This document shows positions 1 to 8,102 of a stretch of 64,000 nt of DNA, piece by piece. The stretch comes from a virus (lineage: Duplodnaviria > Caudoviricetes). Position 1 is the stretch's first letter; every line of letters starts with the position of its first letter. The translations under genes were made by a program, and so were the position numbers. The DNA lies in IMG/VR virus record IMGVR_UViG_3300037847_002819, positions 31,890-95,889 of that record. One strand, 5' to 3'. The notes beneath the pieces were generated by a model. That model searched no databases, was not told where the DNA came from, and was given only the letters and a program-made list of their open reading frames with translations.

Positions 1-494
1 TAATGACCATAAATAGGTTCTTCGTCATCGCTTGCAACAACAACCTTTTTTCCTCCTCTTTTAACTTCATCAAATGAAGTAGGAGTATGGAAAAGAATAT
101 TTCTAGGATTTAATTTACTTTTAGGTTGTTCGAAAATTGCTAATTTATCTTGTATTTTTTCCAAGTCTTCAAGATTGTCTTTTGTTAAAACCTTCTTTCC
201 TTTAATAGCCTTAGCAATATCTTTCAAAACTTCAAATACTCCTTTATCTCCTTTATTACGAGAATTAGGCCGCCTATACGCAGAAGTAACATGTTGTTCT
301 AATTGACCAAATAAAGTATTAGGAACTGCTTTTTTTCCTTGTTTTGTTTTTCTTCCTTCTGATTGAATATCTTTATCGCTAATCCCTTTACATTTAGTTT
401 CCCATGCAATATAATCAGCAATAAAATCTAATGTAGGACTATCAACGGTATTGCCGAAACCATCACTTGTTCGTGCTTTCTTCTTACTCGGCAT
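1..494 (-). CDS. hypothetical protein, runs off the window edge (MPSKKKARTSDGFGNTVDSP...)
   Basis: Manually translated open frame from ATG at 494 to window start; overlaps the stop of the upstream gene; absent from the ORF track because it has no stop in the window. Confidence 0.75.
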   Translation of the reverse strand, partial: MPSKKKARTSDGFGNTVDSPTLDFIADYIAWETKCKGISDKDIQSEGRKTKQGKKAVPNTLFGQLEQHVTSAYRRPNSRNKGDKGVFEVLKDIAKAIKGKKVLTKDNLEDLEKIQDKLAIFEQPKSKLNPRNILFHTPTSFDEVKRGGKKVVVASDDEEPIYGH

Positions 495-855
495 CTTCAT
501 CTTCCTCCTTCTTTTTGTGTGAATATCTTAAATTTATTATGTTGGGTGTGGCAGTGCTAACCGCCCCTGCTTCTCTTAGGAGAACATCGGTATAAGAAGA
601 TTCTTGCTTTTTAATTTCTGACATTACCTGTTGTAATAATTCACCTAGACTATATGCTTCAAGAGTTTTTTTACCGTCAACAGTAACGAAGTATTTACCT
701 CCGCCTTTTTGACGAACCTTGACATATCCTGTATCATGGTGCAAAGACATATTAGTTCCGCCTTTGCCGACACCGCCTTTAATGTCACCTTCTAAACCTA
801 ATGCTTCTAGAAACTCTCTAGGAGTCATCATTTTGAGAATGTTAAACCAATTCAT
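484..855 (-). CDS. small protein, MxW N-terminal motif family (MNWFNILK)
   Basis: ORF with ATGA overlap to upstream gene; shared N-terminal motif. Confidence 0.8.
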   Translation of the reverse strand: MNWFNILKMMTPREFLEALGLEGDIKGGVGKGGTNMSLHHDTGYVKVRQKGGGKYFVTVDGKKTLEAYSLGELLQQVMSEIKKQESSYTDVLLREAGAVSTATPNIINLRYSHKKKEEDEDAE

Positions 856-1148
856 TCATTGTCCTCCTGTAACATTCCCCAAGCCATTCCCTGTTCTTCT
901 TGGTATGAATCATCCATCATTTGAATAGTAGTTTTCAAATCGTTTATAGCACCTAATAATTCATTAATTGTTTTATTAATTTCTGTATCTCCGGCTTTAT
1001 TATCCTTAGAAAAATATATGTCTCTTAATTTCCTACTGATATAACTTAGCGAATTCTGTATTTCTTCGTGGTCTTCTAATACATCTGTTAATCTAGCCAT
1101 TCCTGAAAAACTAGTAATTTCCTTTTTCAGAATGGTTTGCCAAGACAT
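852..1148 (-). CDS. small protein, MxW motif family (MSWQTILKK)
   Basis: ORF; GAGGGG RBS-like sequence upstream; motif. Confidence 0.8.
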   Translation of the reverse strand: MSWQTILKKEITSFSGMARLTDVLEDHEEIQNSLSYISRKLRDIYFSKDNKAGDTEINKTINELLGAINDLKTTIQMMDDSYQEEQGMAWGMLQEDNE

Positions 1149-1157
1149 TGTTTCCCC

Positions 1158-1475
1158 TCAAATATTTTCATCAATAAATTTAACGCTATCATCAGGGTTT
1201 CCAGCAAACATTTGCGCTCTTTCGACTAACTCTAAAGCAAGCCTAGCAGTTTTTTGAAATTCTTTAGAAGTGTTTTTTAATTTAGCAGTTAACTTACTCC
1301 ATTCATTCTTTTCTTCATCTGATAACATATTATAAGTTCTTCCTCTTGTCATCAAACCTAATTTAAGACTGATACTTTCAGTTTCATTTCTCAACTTTTC
1401 TAAATGCTCCCCTGCTTCTAATATTTCTTCTGTTATGGATTCATAATCCTTTTTTACAATATCAAACCAACTCAT
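1158..1475 (-). CDS. small coiled-coil protein, MxW motif family (MSWFDIVKK)
   Basis: Start reassigned to the ATG at 1475 from the motif and its position just after the upstream stop. Confidence 0.8.
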   Translation of the reverse strand: MSWFDIVKKDYESITEEILEAGEHLEKLRNETESISLKLGLMTRGRTYNMLSDEEKNEWSKLTAKLKNTSKEFQKTARLALELVERAQMFAGNPDDSVKFIDENI

Positions 1476-1476
1476 T

Positions 1477-1839
1477 TTAATCATCTCTCAAATGCGATAA
1501 ATATTCTATTTCGGGGTCTAAAGCATCTTCTATTGCTTCTGGGAAATCAATATCTTTGAAATTGAATCCATGTAATTCAAGTCTTTTTGTGAATCTTTCA
1601 TCCCTTTCTAATCTATCCGGTATTTCATCATTTAACATTTCTCTAATTTCTTTATCTGATTTACCTTCTCTCATAGCATCAGCGATTAAATCCAATGCGT
1701 GTCGTCTAAAACCCATACCTGCAAATTTACCATCATAATCATAATTGAGTTCATCTCCAAGATAAATAGCGGTTAGTTCTGTTGCATTAGCAACATCAGT
1801 CAACATATTGTCTTTTTTGATAATATTTTTCCATGACAT
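1477..1839 (-). CDS. small acidic protein, MxW motif family (MSWKNIIKK)
   Basis: AGGTGA RBS upstream of ATG 1839; motif. Confidence 0.8.
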   Translation of the reverse strand: MSWKNIIKKDNMLTDVANATELTAIYLGDELNYDYDGKFAGMGFRRHALDLIADAMREGKSDKEIREMLNDEIPDRLERDERFTKRLELHGFNFKDIDFPEAIEDALDPEIEYLSHLRDD

Positions 1840-1848
1840 TTTTTTCAC

Positions 1849-2097
1849 CTAATCGCCTAGAGAAATACCTAAAGCATCTAAATCTGCTACTTCTTTTGCC
1901 TCTAGTATTTTCTTCTTTTGCTCAATCAACTTTTGCTTTTCATCCACTTCTCGCAACATTTGGTAAAGTTCTTTTTGGGTTTTACGCCTTAGTTTTTCCA
2001 ACTCTTGTTTTTTTCTATCCTCAACCATTTGTTGTCCGGCTCTTTCACGATAGTCGAATGTTTGACTTCCAACTTTAATTACATCTTCCCATGTCAT
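1849..2097 (-). CDS. small coiled-coil protein, MxW motif family (MTWEDVIK)
   Basis: Start reassigned to 2097; motif. Confidence 0.8.
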   Translation of the reverse strand: MTWEDVIKVGSQTFDYRERAGQQMVEDRKKQELEKLRRKTQKELYQMLREVDEKQKLIEQKKKILEAKEVADLDALGISLGD

Positions 2098-2098
2098 A

Positions 2099-2380
2099 CT
2101 AATCATCCATCCCAAATATTTCTCTTAATTCATCACGCAATTGTTCATATCTTTTGGAATCAATTTTACCTTTCATAAACAACCTGCCTATTTTTTCTAT
2201 TCCTTGTTGATAGGTATGCGCCCCTGTTTGTAGTTCGGGCGACCTTGTGGAATAGTCATCCCTTGCTGATGTTGGTTCTTCATAAGAAGGACTCATGCCA
2301 TATTCTCTAAACGATTTAGGGTCTATGTTTCTTTCATTATCAGAAATCTTTCTTCTTTTTATTATGTCTTCCCAACTCAT
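2099..2380 (-). CDS. small protein, MxW motif family (MSWEDIIKR)
   Basis: AGGTGG RBS, ATGA overlap; motif. Confidence 0.8.
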   Translation of the reverse strand: MSWEDIIKRRKISDNERNIDPKSFREYGMSPSYEEPTSARDDYSTRSPELQTGAHTYQQGIEKIGRLFMKGKIDSKRYEQLRDELREIFGMDD

Positions 2381-2484
2381 TTCTTACCACCTGCGATTAA
2401 ATCTTTTTTGAGTTCTTTTTCTGCTTTATCTAATTCTTTAGACTTAGCATCAAACCAAGTATCTAGTAATGTGCATCTTGTCAT
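2377..2484 (-). CDS. 35-aa hypothetical protein (MTRCTLLDTWFDAK...)
   Basis: Manually found; fills the gap exactly, GGTGA RBS, ATGA overlap downstream; lacks the MxW motif. Confidence 0.6.
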   Translation of the reverse strand: MTRCTLLDTWFDAKSKELDKAEKELKKDLIAGGKK

Positions 2485-2485
2485 A

Positions 2486-2785
2486 TTAATCACCGTAGTA
2501 TATTTGGCCTTTGTCTCTATTCTGATAGGTTACATCAAATAGTAATTTTTGTGAATATTTTAGATTGGTTTTAACGCCTCTAATCCTTTCTTTTAATGTG
2601 GATAAGATAACCTTCTCTATTTTATCTCTATCATATTCGGGGTAATTATCAAATTCTTGCTTAATGGTGTCCACTACATCATCTAATTCTTTGTATAATT
2701 CATCCATAAATTGCCTTTGGCTATCATCTAATCTATTAGATATGAAATTTCTATCGCTTTTTTTAATCTCATCTTTCCATGTCAT
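2486..2785 (-). CDS. small protein, MxW motif family (MTWKDEIKK)
   Basis: ORF; motif. Confidence 0.8.
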   Translation of the reverse strand: MTWKDEIKKSDRNFISNRLDDSQRQFMDELYKELDDVVDTIKQEFDNYPEYDRDKIEKVILSTLKERIRGVKTNLKYSQKLLFDVTYQNRDKGQIYYGD

Positions 2786-2786
2786 A

Positions 2787-3164
2787 TCAATGCCCCCTAA
2801 AACCTGACCCTTTACTCCCCATTTTAGGAGGTTTATTTCTTCGAGTTAATTCTCTTAACTCTTCTTCGGTTGCCCTTCTTCTTGGTTTTGGCTTATCTTC
2901 TTCTTTCATTCTATGTGGCCTATTTTTTCTTGGAGTTCCGAAAGGCTGCCTATAATCCGTTAAAAGACCTGTTCTTCTTCTTTTTTCCCTTCTCGCATCT
3001 CTATGAGACATTTCTTCAGCAGCAATATCTGACGATGAAGCCCTTCTCATATATGCTCTATCTTCTTCGGGAAGTTGAGTTAATTCATCTATTGACTCTA
3101 ATTCTTTTTTTCGCCTTCGCTTTAATTTAGCCCTGTCTAATTTTAATACTTCCTTCCATGTCAT
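2787..3164 (-). CDS. very basic small protein, MxW motif family (MTWKEVLK)
   Basis: ORF; Arg/Lys-rich; motif. Confidence 0.8.
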   Translation of the reverse strand: MTWKEVLKLDRAKLKRRRKKELESIDELTQLPEEDRAYMRRASSSDIAAEEMSHRDARREKRRRTGLLTDYRQPFGTPRKNRPHRMKEEDKPKPRRRATEEELRELTRRNKPPKMGSKGSGFRGH

Positions 3165-3484
3165 AGTTTCCCCGCCCTTCTGTCTTTTAATTTTTGATAC
3201 CTTTCTTTTTGGTCTGCGATTAATTTACCCATTTTACTCCGTTCAGTGTCCATCATAGAATCAACTTTTTCTCTTTTCGCTCTCTCTTTCCTTTGCCTCT
3301 TCATTTCTTTTGCTCTTTTACCTGCATCGGGAGCAAAGGGGTCAAATGGTTTTTTAGAAGGAGGCGGTAATTCCTTTTCGGGTTTAGGTTCAATATCAAC
3401 CTCATCCTTTTCTCTAGGATTACGCCTTCTATCTTTATCTCTAATTCTTCTCATATCATCTTTTAGTATATCTTTCCATGTCAT
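3161..3484 (-). CDS. highly charged small protein, MxW motif family (MTWKDILK)
   Basis: GGTGA RBS before ATG 3484; motif. Confidence 0.8.
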   Translation of the reverse strand: MTWKDILKDDMRRIRDKDRRRNPREKDEVDIEPKPEKELPPPSKKPFDPFAPDAGKRAKEMKRQRKERAKREKVDSMMDTERSKMGKLIADQKERYQKLKDRRAGKL

Positions 3485-3489
3485 AATAA

Positions 3490-3879
3490 TCACCAATCTT
3501 CAGGGTCATTCATCCAACCATCACTTTCAACATTAAGATAGATTTCTAGACCCATACTTTCTGCTACTGATTTTATTTCTTGTGCGTTTGGTTCTTTAAT
3601 CATTTCAATTCTAGATGGGTCTTCTCTAAACTTAGCATATTTATTGAAAAATGCTACAAGAGGGGAATTAGGATGTTTATCAAAAACATTTCTTTTAAAA
3701 CTACTATTTTCCCTCATTCGTGCTTCAAGACCATTATCCCAATCGTTACTATAAAATGTTAGCCAATACTTATCACTATCTCCTATATTTGGGTCATATA
3801 CATAAATATCCCCCACTACCGGAAATCCGTGTTCTCGCTGCGTTGGTATGTTTTGTTTTAATATATCTTTCCAAGTCAT
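3490..3879 (-). CDS. small protein, MxW motif family (MTWKDILK)
   Basis: ORF; motif. Confidence 0.8.
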   Translation of the reverse strand: MTWKDILKQNIPTQREHGFPVVGDIYVYDPNIGDSDKYWLTFYSNDWDNGLEARMRENSSFKRNVFDKHPNSPLVAFFNKYAKFREDPSRIEMIKEPNAQEIKSVAESMGLEIYLNVESDGWMNDPEDW

Positions 3880-3880
3880 A

Positions 3881-4213
3881 TTAATCCCCTCTCAATTCTA
3901 ATAATTTTTCTAATTCAGCCTTTCTTTTCCTATAATCATCATCCATAGCGGTTTCTAATTTTTTAAGACTAACAGTTGTTTGATTAAGTAATTTTAGAGT
4001 ATTATTCACATATCCCTTAAACATCGTGTTTTTATATCTTGATAATTCTTTTTCAGCATCCCTTATACTATCCTCTAAATCATCAAAGTCAGCCTTTTCC
4101 AAAAACTTCAAATATCCTTCTAATGAACGAACATGGCTTTTATTTGCATTCTTAGTTTCTCCAAATACTTTTGTAGTAACTCTTTTCTTTTTAATCTCAT
4201 CTTCCCATGTCAT
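3881..4213 (-). CDS. small coiled-coil protein, MxW motif family (MTWEDEIKK)
   Basis: ORF; motif; first gene of the array. Confidence 0.8.
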   Translation of the reverse strand: MTWEDEIKKKRVTTKVFGETKNANKSHVRSLEGYLKFLEKADFDDLEDSIRDAEKELSRYKNTMFKGYVNNTLKLLNQTTVSLKKLETAMDDDYRKRKAELEKLLELRGD

Positions 4214-4350
4214 AATAACCCTTTTCCTGTTTATTGCTTAAAATAAAAACGATTTTTCAAAAAATGTGGCGGAATTTTTTTGGCACTAGCGTCAACTTTT
4301 TTTTATTAATTAATGTATTCCCAGAATAAAATCTTAATCATTTAATATAA

Positions 4351-4575
4351 TCATTTAATATTTAATGTAGTTTGTCTTGTATTTGGTGAATAAACATCTG
4401 CTAATTTAGATTTAATCTCTTTAAGTTTCTTTGCTATTTCTTTTAATTTAACCTTGTTATCTTCAGTGGTTTGTATGTTCTTTTTACTTGTATTTGATTT
4501 AATATCCGAAACTATTTCTGTTATTTGTTGATTAATACCTTGTATCATGCTTTGTATGTCATCAGCACTAGTCAT
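4351..4575 (-). CDS. hypothetical coiled-coil protein
   Basis: ORF with TTATATG-like box upstream. Confidence 0.6.
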   Translation of the reverse strand: MTSADDIQSMIQGINQQITEIVSDIKSNTSKKNIQTTEDNKVKLKEIAKKLKEIKSKLADVYSPNTRQTTLNIK

Positions 4576-4808
4576 GTATATCTCGGATTAGGCGAGGGTT
4601 GTAAAACATATAATAATGCCGGTTTAATGGCGAAATAATTAACCTTCAAATGTTAATATTGGTTAATTAACCGTTAAATACAGGCATTTTAATGTTAATA
4701 TAAAAAATAAAAAATTTGGACAAAGCCATATGGTTGTATAAATAATAATATCAGCCAATTAATGTTAAAAGCATATGGTAGCAACTTTGGTAATGAGGAA
4801 CGAATGGC

Positions 4809-4845
4809 TACCTTATATGAAGTCCGAGGTCGAATAGTAGTGGCT
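4809..4845 (+). promoter_or_regulatory. archaeal TATA promoter and shared leader of paralog 1
   Basis: ACCTTATATG box followed by TCGAATAGTAGTGGCT, which recurs identically at 5595-5610. Confidence 0.65.
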
Positions 4846-4891
4846 TCGGGGATTGAAGCATTAATCTAACACATTTAGGAGTTGATTAAAA

Positions 4892-5380
4892 ATGGAAATA
4901 GAAAAATGGAATGATAAAGTTGCCATGATTATTGCATGGTTAAAGGAAAATGACGCAGGTGCTATGGGACAGGTTATTCAAGTTAATATTGAAGCCGGTA
5001 ATGAAGCACAAACAGATGAAGATAGGAATAGATTTTGGGAGGCAGTTAGAGCCTTGTGTAAAACACTTCCAAATAGCCCTATTAAGAAAGGTCGTGGTTC
5101 AACACTACCTAATGAAGTCCAAGCGGTTTTAGATTCAATATCTGATGAAGTCGCTCAAGCCGCTAGTGATTTTTTTGCTATTGGTGACATGAATATGCTT
5201 CTTTTGAAGCATGGAAAGAGTGGCGGTGGTTTATTCACTGCTGACGAGTATTCTGCATATATGTCACAAACAGTAGTTAATTCTCTCAAGAGGAGATACA
5301 AAGACAAAATTTGGGATGGTAGTCGTCAAGGACTATTAACCCAAGCATTCCCCGTTGAGGAGGTTGACGAGGAAGAATGA
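4892..5380 (+). CDS. hypothetical protein, paralog family P (copy 1)
   Basis: AGGAG RBS; shares DEDRNRFWEAVRALCKTLPNSPIKKGRGSTL with copy 2; acidic tail. Confidence 0.9.
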   Translation: MEIEKWNDKVAMIIAWLKENDAGAMGQVIQVNIEAGNEAQTDEDRNRFWEAVRALCKTLPNSPIKKGRGSTLPNEVQAVLDSISDEVAQAASDFFAIGDMNMLLLKHGKSGGGLFTADEYSAYMSQTVVNSLKRRYKDKIWDGSRQGLLTQAFPVEEVDEEE

Positions 5381-5415
5381 TTGATGCTTTAATCCCCAAG
5401 CCCCAGATTCACCAA

Positions 5416-5503
5416 ATAACCCGCATAGGACTGATAATTCCGATTCTTATATTTATTATCTGTATGATTAATCAGCCTATGCGGGTTATGCCTTATTTTT
5501 TTA
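5416..5503 (+). terminator. stem-loop plus T-tract
   Basis: ATAACCCGCATAGG...CCTATGCGGGTTAT 14-bp inverted repeat followed by a T run. Confidence 0.7.
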
Positions 5504-5659
5504 TTTTAGGGTAGTAAAACCAAAGTGTATTCATTACATGAATATTTATTACCATATGGTTGTATCTTTGAGCAACCCTACATATAGTAGCACATCGAAT
5601 AGTAGTGGCTCAAAGGGATTGAGTCGGTATTGATGGAGTCAATACAGGAGATGAAAAGA

Positions 5660-6190
5660 ATGGAACAAGAAAAGTGGATAACAAAGTCTAACGAAATTAG
5701 AGCATGGCTTGAGCATAATGATGCAGGGGCTATGGGAGCAGTAATAACAGTAAATCTAGATGCTGGCGATTCAGCCGCATCCGATGAAGACAGAAATCGT
5801 TTTTGGGAAGCAGTTCGGGCATTATGCAAGACCCTCCCAAACTCGCCAATAAAGAAAGGTCGTGGCTCAACGCTAGACCCAGCAATTCAAGCCGTTGTGG
5901 ATTCTGTGAGCAATCGCATTCAAAATGCTTTTGTCACAATTTCTGACGCTGAATTGCTACTTGAAGTAATGCTACCACATGGTAAAACAGGTGGCGCATA
6001 CGCTAACATTGAAGCATTGGCTTCTGATATGGCAACAAAGGCTGTAAGAGTCCTAAAGGCGGCATTGAAAGATGGTCGCTGGGATGGAACAATGAGCGAT
6101 AGTGGACTAACAGGCATGACTCCGCCTATGAAGTCTGATTCCTCTAACGAGGAAGCAACGGAAGAATCCCAAGAGGAGGAAACCGTCTGA
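5660..6190 (+). CDS. hypothetical protein, paralog family P (copy 2)
   Basis: Start reassigned to MEQEKW by alignment with MEIEKW of copy 1; AGGAGATGA RBS; promoter CCCTACATATAG at about 5576. Confidence 0.9.
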   Translation: MEQEKWITKSNEIRAWLEHNDAGAMGAVITVNLDAGDSAASDEDRNRFWEAVRALCKTLPNSPIKKGRGSTLDPAIQAVVDSVSNRIQNAFVTISDAELLLEVMLPHGKTGGAYANIEALASDMATKAVRVLKAALKDGRWDGTMSDSGLTGMTPPMKSDSSNEEATEESQEEETV

Positions 6191-6280
6191 TACCGATTCA
6201 ATCCCTTTAAGCCCCATACGATTCCTACGGGCATCCGGTAACACCTGTTAAAATTACAATTGAATCTGAACATAGGTCAA

Positions 6281-6359
6281 TGCGGAAGAGTAGGAAAGGG
6301 GAAACAGTGAGAAAACCAAAGGACACTCACTGTTTCCCCTTCCGCCCACTATTTTTTTT
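6281..6359 (+). terminator. stem-loop plus T-tract
   Basis: GGGGAAACAGTGAG...CTCACTGTTTCCCC inverted repeat then T8. Confidence 0.75.
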
Positions 6360-6578
6360 AATAGGGTTGTGTCAAATACTGCGTATTACCAAAGTATGAC
6401 ACAACCATATGGTAGCGACTTTGTGCTACCTTATCTGTTAAAAAAATAAAGATGGATTTTTATACAGAATCCTAACTGTTGCCGCCATCTCAGGCTCAGG
6501 CTTAGGCGACTATACCACCGTATAGTCTCGTTACATTTTGTCCGGTGGGGAACGCATAAAACCACATTCTTTGGACTA

Positions 6579-6737
6579 TCATACATATCTTCTTTTAGAA
6601 GTCAAGGGTTTATCCGGATTTAAAGCACACCCAATGGCAACTTTATCTTTATTCCGTTCATTCATTTTAGCGACATAACCTGCCCACCAAACTTCTCCAG
6701 CCCTAATTTCTGCTCTCATTTTACTTCTTCTATTCAT
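6579..6737 (-). CDS. 52-aa hypothetical protein (MNRRSKMRAEIRAGEVWWAGY...)
   Basis: Manually found; GGAGATGA RBS; downstream hairpin GACTATAC/GTATAGTC and T-tract. Confidence 0.5.
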   Translation of the reverse strand: MNRRSKMRAEIRAGEVWWAGYVAKMNERNKDKVAIGCALNPDKPLTSKRRYV

Positions 6738-6883
6738 TTAATCATCTCCATAATTATCCGGTTCATTATCCTTAACATAAGTATCATACAACATAACCCA
6801 TTCACAGTCGTTACAACAAATGAAAACACTACCTGCATAACTCTCTTCTAATTCAGTATTTGCACTACCGCAAGCATCACAAG

Positions 6884-7120
6884 TCATTCTTCCTCATCCC
6901 CCATATATTCTAGGTATTCTTCAAACTGCACATATGATACGGTTGCAATCGTTAATGCGTTAATGTTCATTGTATGTGAAGTATTAGGATTCTGATAACC
7001 TTCATTACGCCTCTTCCATACATGAAACATTATTTCTTTATCCTCGAAATAACTAACCACTCGCTTTTCAATCGTATTGTCCGGATGGACTATTGTTCCC
7101 CACTTTACTTTGGTTTCCAT
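6884..7120 (-). CDS. hypothetical protein, probably leaderless
   Basis: ATG 7120 lies about 20 nt downstream of CCTTACATATAG (minus strand 7152-7141); ends GDEEE. Confidence 0.65.
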   Translation of the reverse strand: METKVKWGTIVHPDNTIEKRVVSYFEDKEIMFHVWKRRNEGYQNPNTSHTMNINALTIATVSYVQFEEYLEYMGDEEE

Positions 7121-7212
7121 GTTGTTACAAATTAAACGACTATATGTAAGGTTTGACAAAGTTCAAACCATATGGTTGAGTAATGGTTCTTTTGAATTAA
7201 TGGATAACCATA

Positions 7213-7590
7213 AAAAAAATTTAGGCGAATCCAGCGAGAGAGATAGCCACCGGCTTAGTTTTCGACTCTCTCGCTGAATTCTAAAGGGTGTCAGCCTAGA
7301 AGATACCGTTTCCGGTTCTAGGAAGGTGAGTGGATTATCTTGCACCACTAAGTTTGTAACTCAATTTACTGCTTGTTCAATTGAGGGTCACACAACCTTC
7401 TAATGTATTCATCAATTGGTGATTGATGCCCTTTTGGGGAACATACGCTTCAAGAACCACTACCATACTATCCAATAGGACTTCCGATAATGGGTGAAAC
7501 CCGCACCACACGGTTAAGAAGTGCATTACGCCGCTACTAGCGTTGTTCTGCCACTGACTATCCAGCAAAGGTAGCGAACCCTTGCTGAAC
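7213..7590 (-). ncRNA. candidate large structured non-coding RNA
   Basis: Own TATA-like box and T8 tract; many nested helices; GAAA tetraloop; G-U wobbles fit the minus strand; no credible ORF. Confidence 0.6.
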
Positions 7591-7712
7591 AATACTATAT
7601 TCATCAATACTTTATCTAGGGTTTATTCAAAAGACTCAACCATATGGTAAGATGTGCGAATCTTTTGATGCTTCGCAGATATTACCATAAAAAAAATAGG
7701 TGATGGCCGATT

Positions 7713-8102
7713 TTACTCGGCCACCACCATTAATCCATGACTAGGTAGTGTTTTCAACAATCCCCAAATTGCCTCCAAATATCTAGGGTGTAATTGTTCC
7801 TTCCACAAACTAACAGTAAATTGGACTACATCATACAGATTGCTTTCATACACAATCCGATAATCAATCACATTATCAATTCCTTCGTTTATAACTCTGA
7901 TTTTGAATTTGGTCATAGAATCCTCATTTGTTTGTTCCTCTTCGTATCTGCTTGGAATACCTTGTTCTGCACGATTACATTCACCACAGGTAGCGATGAT
8001 TTCATAATCTGCATATTCATCTTCACAATCACCTAGTCCATAGTGACCTATTGATATTGATTCTCCACAGTTGTTCTTGCATGATATATTTGTCCATGTC
8101 AT
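7713..8102 (-). CDS. hypothetical protein with Cys motifs (CKNNC, CGEC), putative Zn-binding
   Basis: ORF alone in a cassette with CCTTATGATAAAG promoter and T-tract. Confidence 0.7.
   Translation of the reverse strand: MTWTNISCKNNCGESISIGHYGLGDCEDEYADYEIIATCGECNRAEQGIPSRYEEEQTNEDSMTKFKIRVINEGIDNVIDYRIVYESNLYDVVQFTVSLWKEQLHPRYLEAIWGLLKTLPSHGLMVVAE

Noticed and set aside
4600-4770. AATGTTAA and AATTAACC short repeats
   Set aside because: Very AT-rich context makes chance recurrence plausible; no clear architecture
4830-5410. Canonical BHB splice motif at the base of the mRNA-enclosing stems
   Set aside because: GAAT/ATTC and GGCT/AGCC helices exist but the internal loops do not give a 3-4-3 geometry; circularisation remains only a hypothesis
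6738-6887. Possible frameshifted Zn-ribbon ORF (MTCDAC...CNDC, then a GDD-ending tail in another frame)
   Set aside because: Too short to separate a real 34-aa gene, decay or a sequencing error
7163-7607. ORFs 7163-7348, 7377-7607 and 7077-7277 as proteins; region as RNase P RNA
   Set aside because: No RBSs and atypical composition; only a partial GGAAGTCC resemblance to RNase P without the matching 3-prime conserved region
7713-8102. MTWTNISCK as a twelfth member of the MxW tag family
   Set aside because: Lys is displaced, the residues lead into a Cys motif and the gene sits in a different transcription unit; may be coincidence
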